Assembly (NCBI GenBank): GCA_002104905.1
Contig: MCFE01000030.1
Span: 1 to 64,000 of the forward strand
DNA from: Basidiobolus meristosporus CBS 931.73
Taxonomy: Eukaryota > Fungi > Basidiobolomycota
Length of the DNA stretch: 64,000 bases
Reading direction: 5' to 3'
Under the pieces are notes generated by a model. The model was not told the DNA's origin, did no database searches, and saw nothing but the letters and a program-made list of their open reading frames with translations. How positions within the stretch are numbered: position 1 is the first letter of the stretch; each line of letters starts with the position of its first letter. Positions 62,876 through 64,000 of the stretch are shown piece by piece. The position numbers and the translations under genes are program-made.

Positions 62876-64000
62876 CACGATTCAGAGTTGGATAGGCCAG
62901 CATGCGAGTACTCACCACATATTGCTCCGCTTTATATGCAGATCCATTCTGGTGTAGACTGTCGCACGATATCAGTTTTTGGAGATCCCATCTAAATACT
63001 TTATTATATATATAATGATAGCGGTCTAGTGCTATACGAAGATTAGGAACATTTAAAATACAGAATTCTTTGGTACAACTTTCCGTTTCCCATGCCGGTG
63101 GGAATATGTTAAGATCAGGAAATTCGCAATGATCAGGCAAACAATAGCTCATCATAGCTTTCCATTTGTATCGTAAGAGGATCATTTTGTCCATAAAATA
63201 CCTTTAGAAGTTGATATGTTTTCAACACCAATTCAGTTAGCTCTTCACCTCTACTCCAGACAATGCTGCTAGCTTTCTCATTGATAGTGTCAATATCCTG
63301 TATGGGTGTAGTTGTCGTGGATCCATCCCGTAGCCCACGAAGCAGGCCAGTCAAGCAAGTAGAGCGGGAGCAGTCCAGTGTAGCGTACACAGTAGTATTG
63401 GAGAGGTTCCGAGAAAGATTTGATTTACCAAAAATATGCTTTGTAGCCCAAGACGCTCCAACTGACATAGCAATTCCACTTTACTCTTTGCTTCAAAAAA
63501 CGGATCGAAGGTTTACTTTGAAAGGGAGGGTTTAGAATTAGTTGTAGATCGAAGACCTTGGAGCTTGACTTGTGTAGACTTAAATGTACTAGCTTTTGGC
63601 AACGTGAATATGAAACTACTGCTATGATTCAATACATCCATGGAGAAATACGGAGACAATGGATTTATAGGCAATTGCTCTGTGAAGATTAATCAACCCT
63701 GTTCAGTGAGTGGAGAATTTAACCTAATGTATTGATCACCTGGAACCTTACAGTGATAAGTCATTTGTTTTTGGTTTAATTTAGTTGGCGTCGGGTTTAT
63801 TCAAAAGAAGACCTAGGAGACTCCATTTTCCTATTTGACTCTCAGGGCCTGATCATATGGCAATTTGTTCACGTGCCATTTGTTTGATTCAAACGTAGCC
63901 GAATATGTGCAATATTCATCACTACGGATTGATGTAATGGAATAATACAAAGATGAAACAGATAAATAAACTACGCAAGATTTGAATCCACTCAACAATG

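Overview
Fungal nuclear DNA with short GT-AG introns and CTAAC/CTAAT branch points. The gene set (STN1-like, FYR-domain, ERI1, WDR53-like, NDUFB2) suggests an early-diverging lineage (Zoopagomycota/Mucoromycota-like); this is an inference. About 19 protein-coding genes can be supported: STN1/RPA2-like OB-fold, FYRN/FYRC protein, CLASP/STU1, a convergent intronless GlcNAc catabolic pair (DAC1/nagA + NAG1/nagB), NDUFB2, EDC3-like, ERI1, a secreted tyrosinase, a PQ-loop protein, RCE1, a Zn2Cys6 TF, MRPL25, BEM1, an ACAP-type ArfGAP, RPS7, Rab5/VPS21, a BEM2-like RasGEF-RhoGAP, a WDR53-like WD40 protein and an SPX-PHO87/PHO91-like transporter. The GlcNAc pair lies between two AT-rich repeat islands carrying five copies of a ~340-bp TGTTGTAA..TTACAACA solo-LTR family, one nested inside another with a 5-bp TSD. 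I found no rRNA, tRNA or CRISPR, and I cannot claim a clearly new multi-gene system. The best leads are: (i) an intact PHO87/91-like transporter whose inositol-pyrophosphate-binding lysines and transport-site motifs are replaced; (ii) the GlcNAc pair with a candidate shared promoter motif; (iii) an EDC3 apparently lacking its FDF motif; (iv) a cryptic amidohydrolase-2-like pseudogene; and (v) a Cbf1/Tbf1-like motif pair upstream of RPS7. Exon boundaries were read by eye, and family assignments come from recalled motifs rather than database searches.
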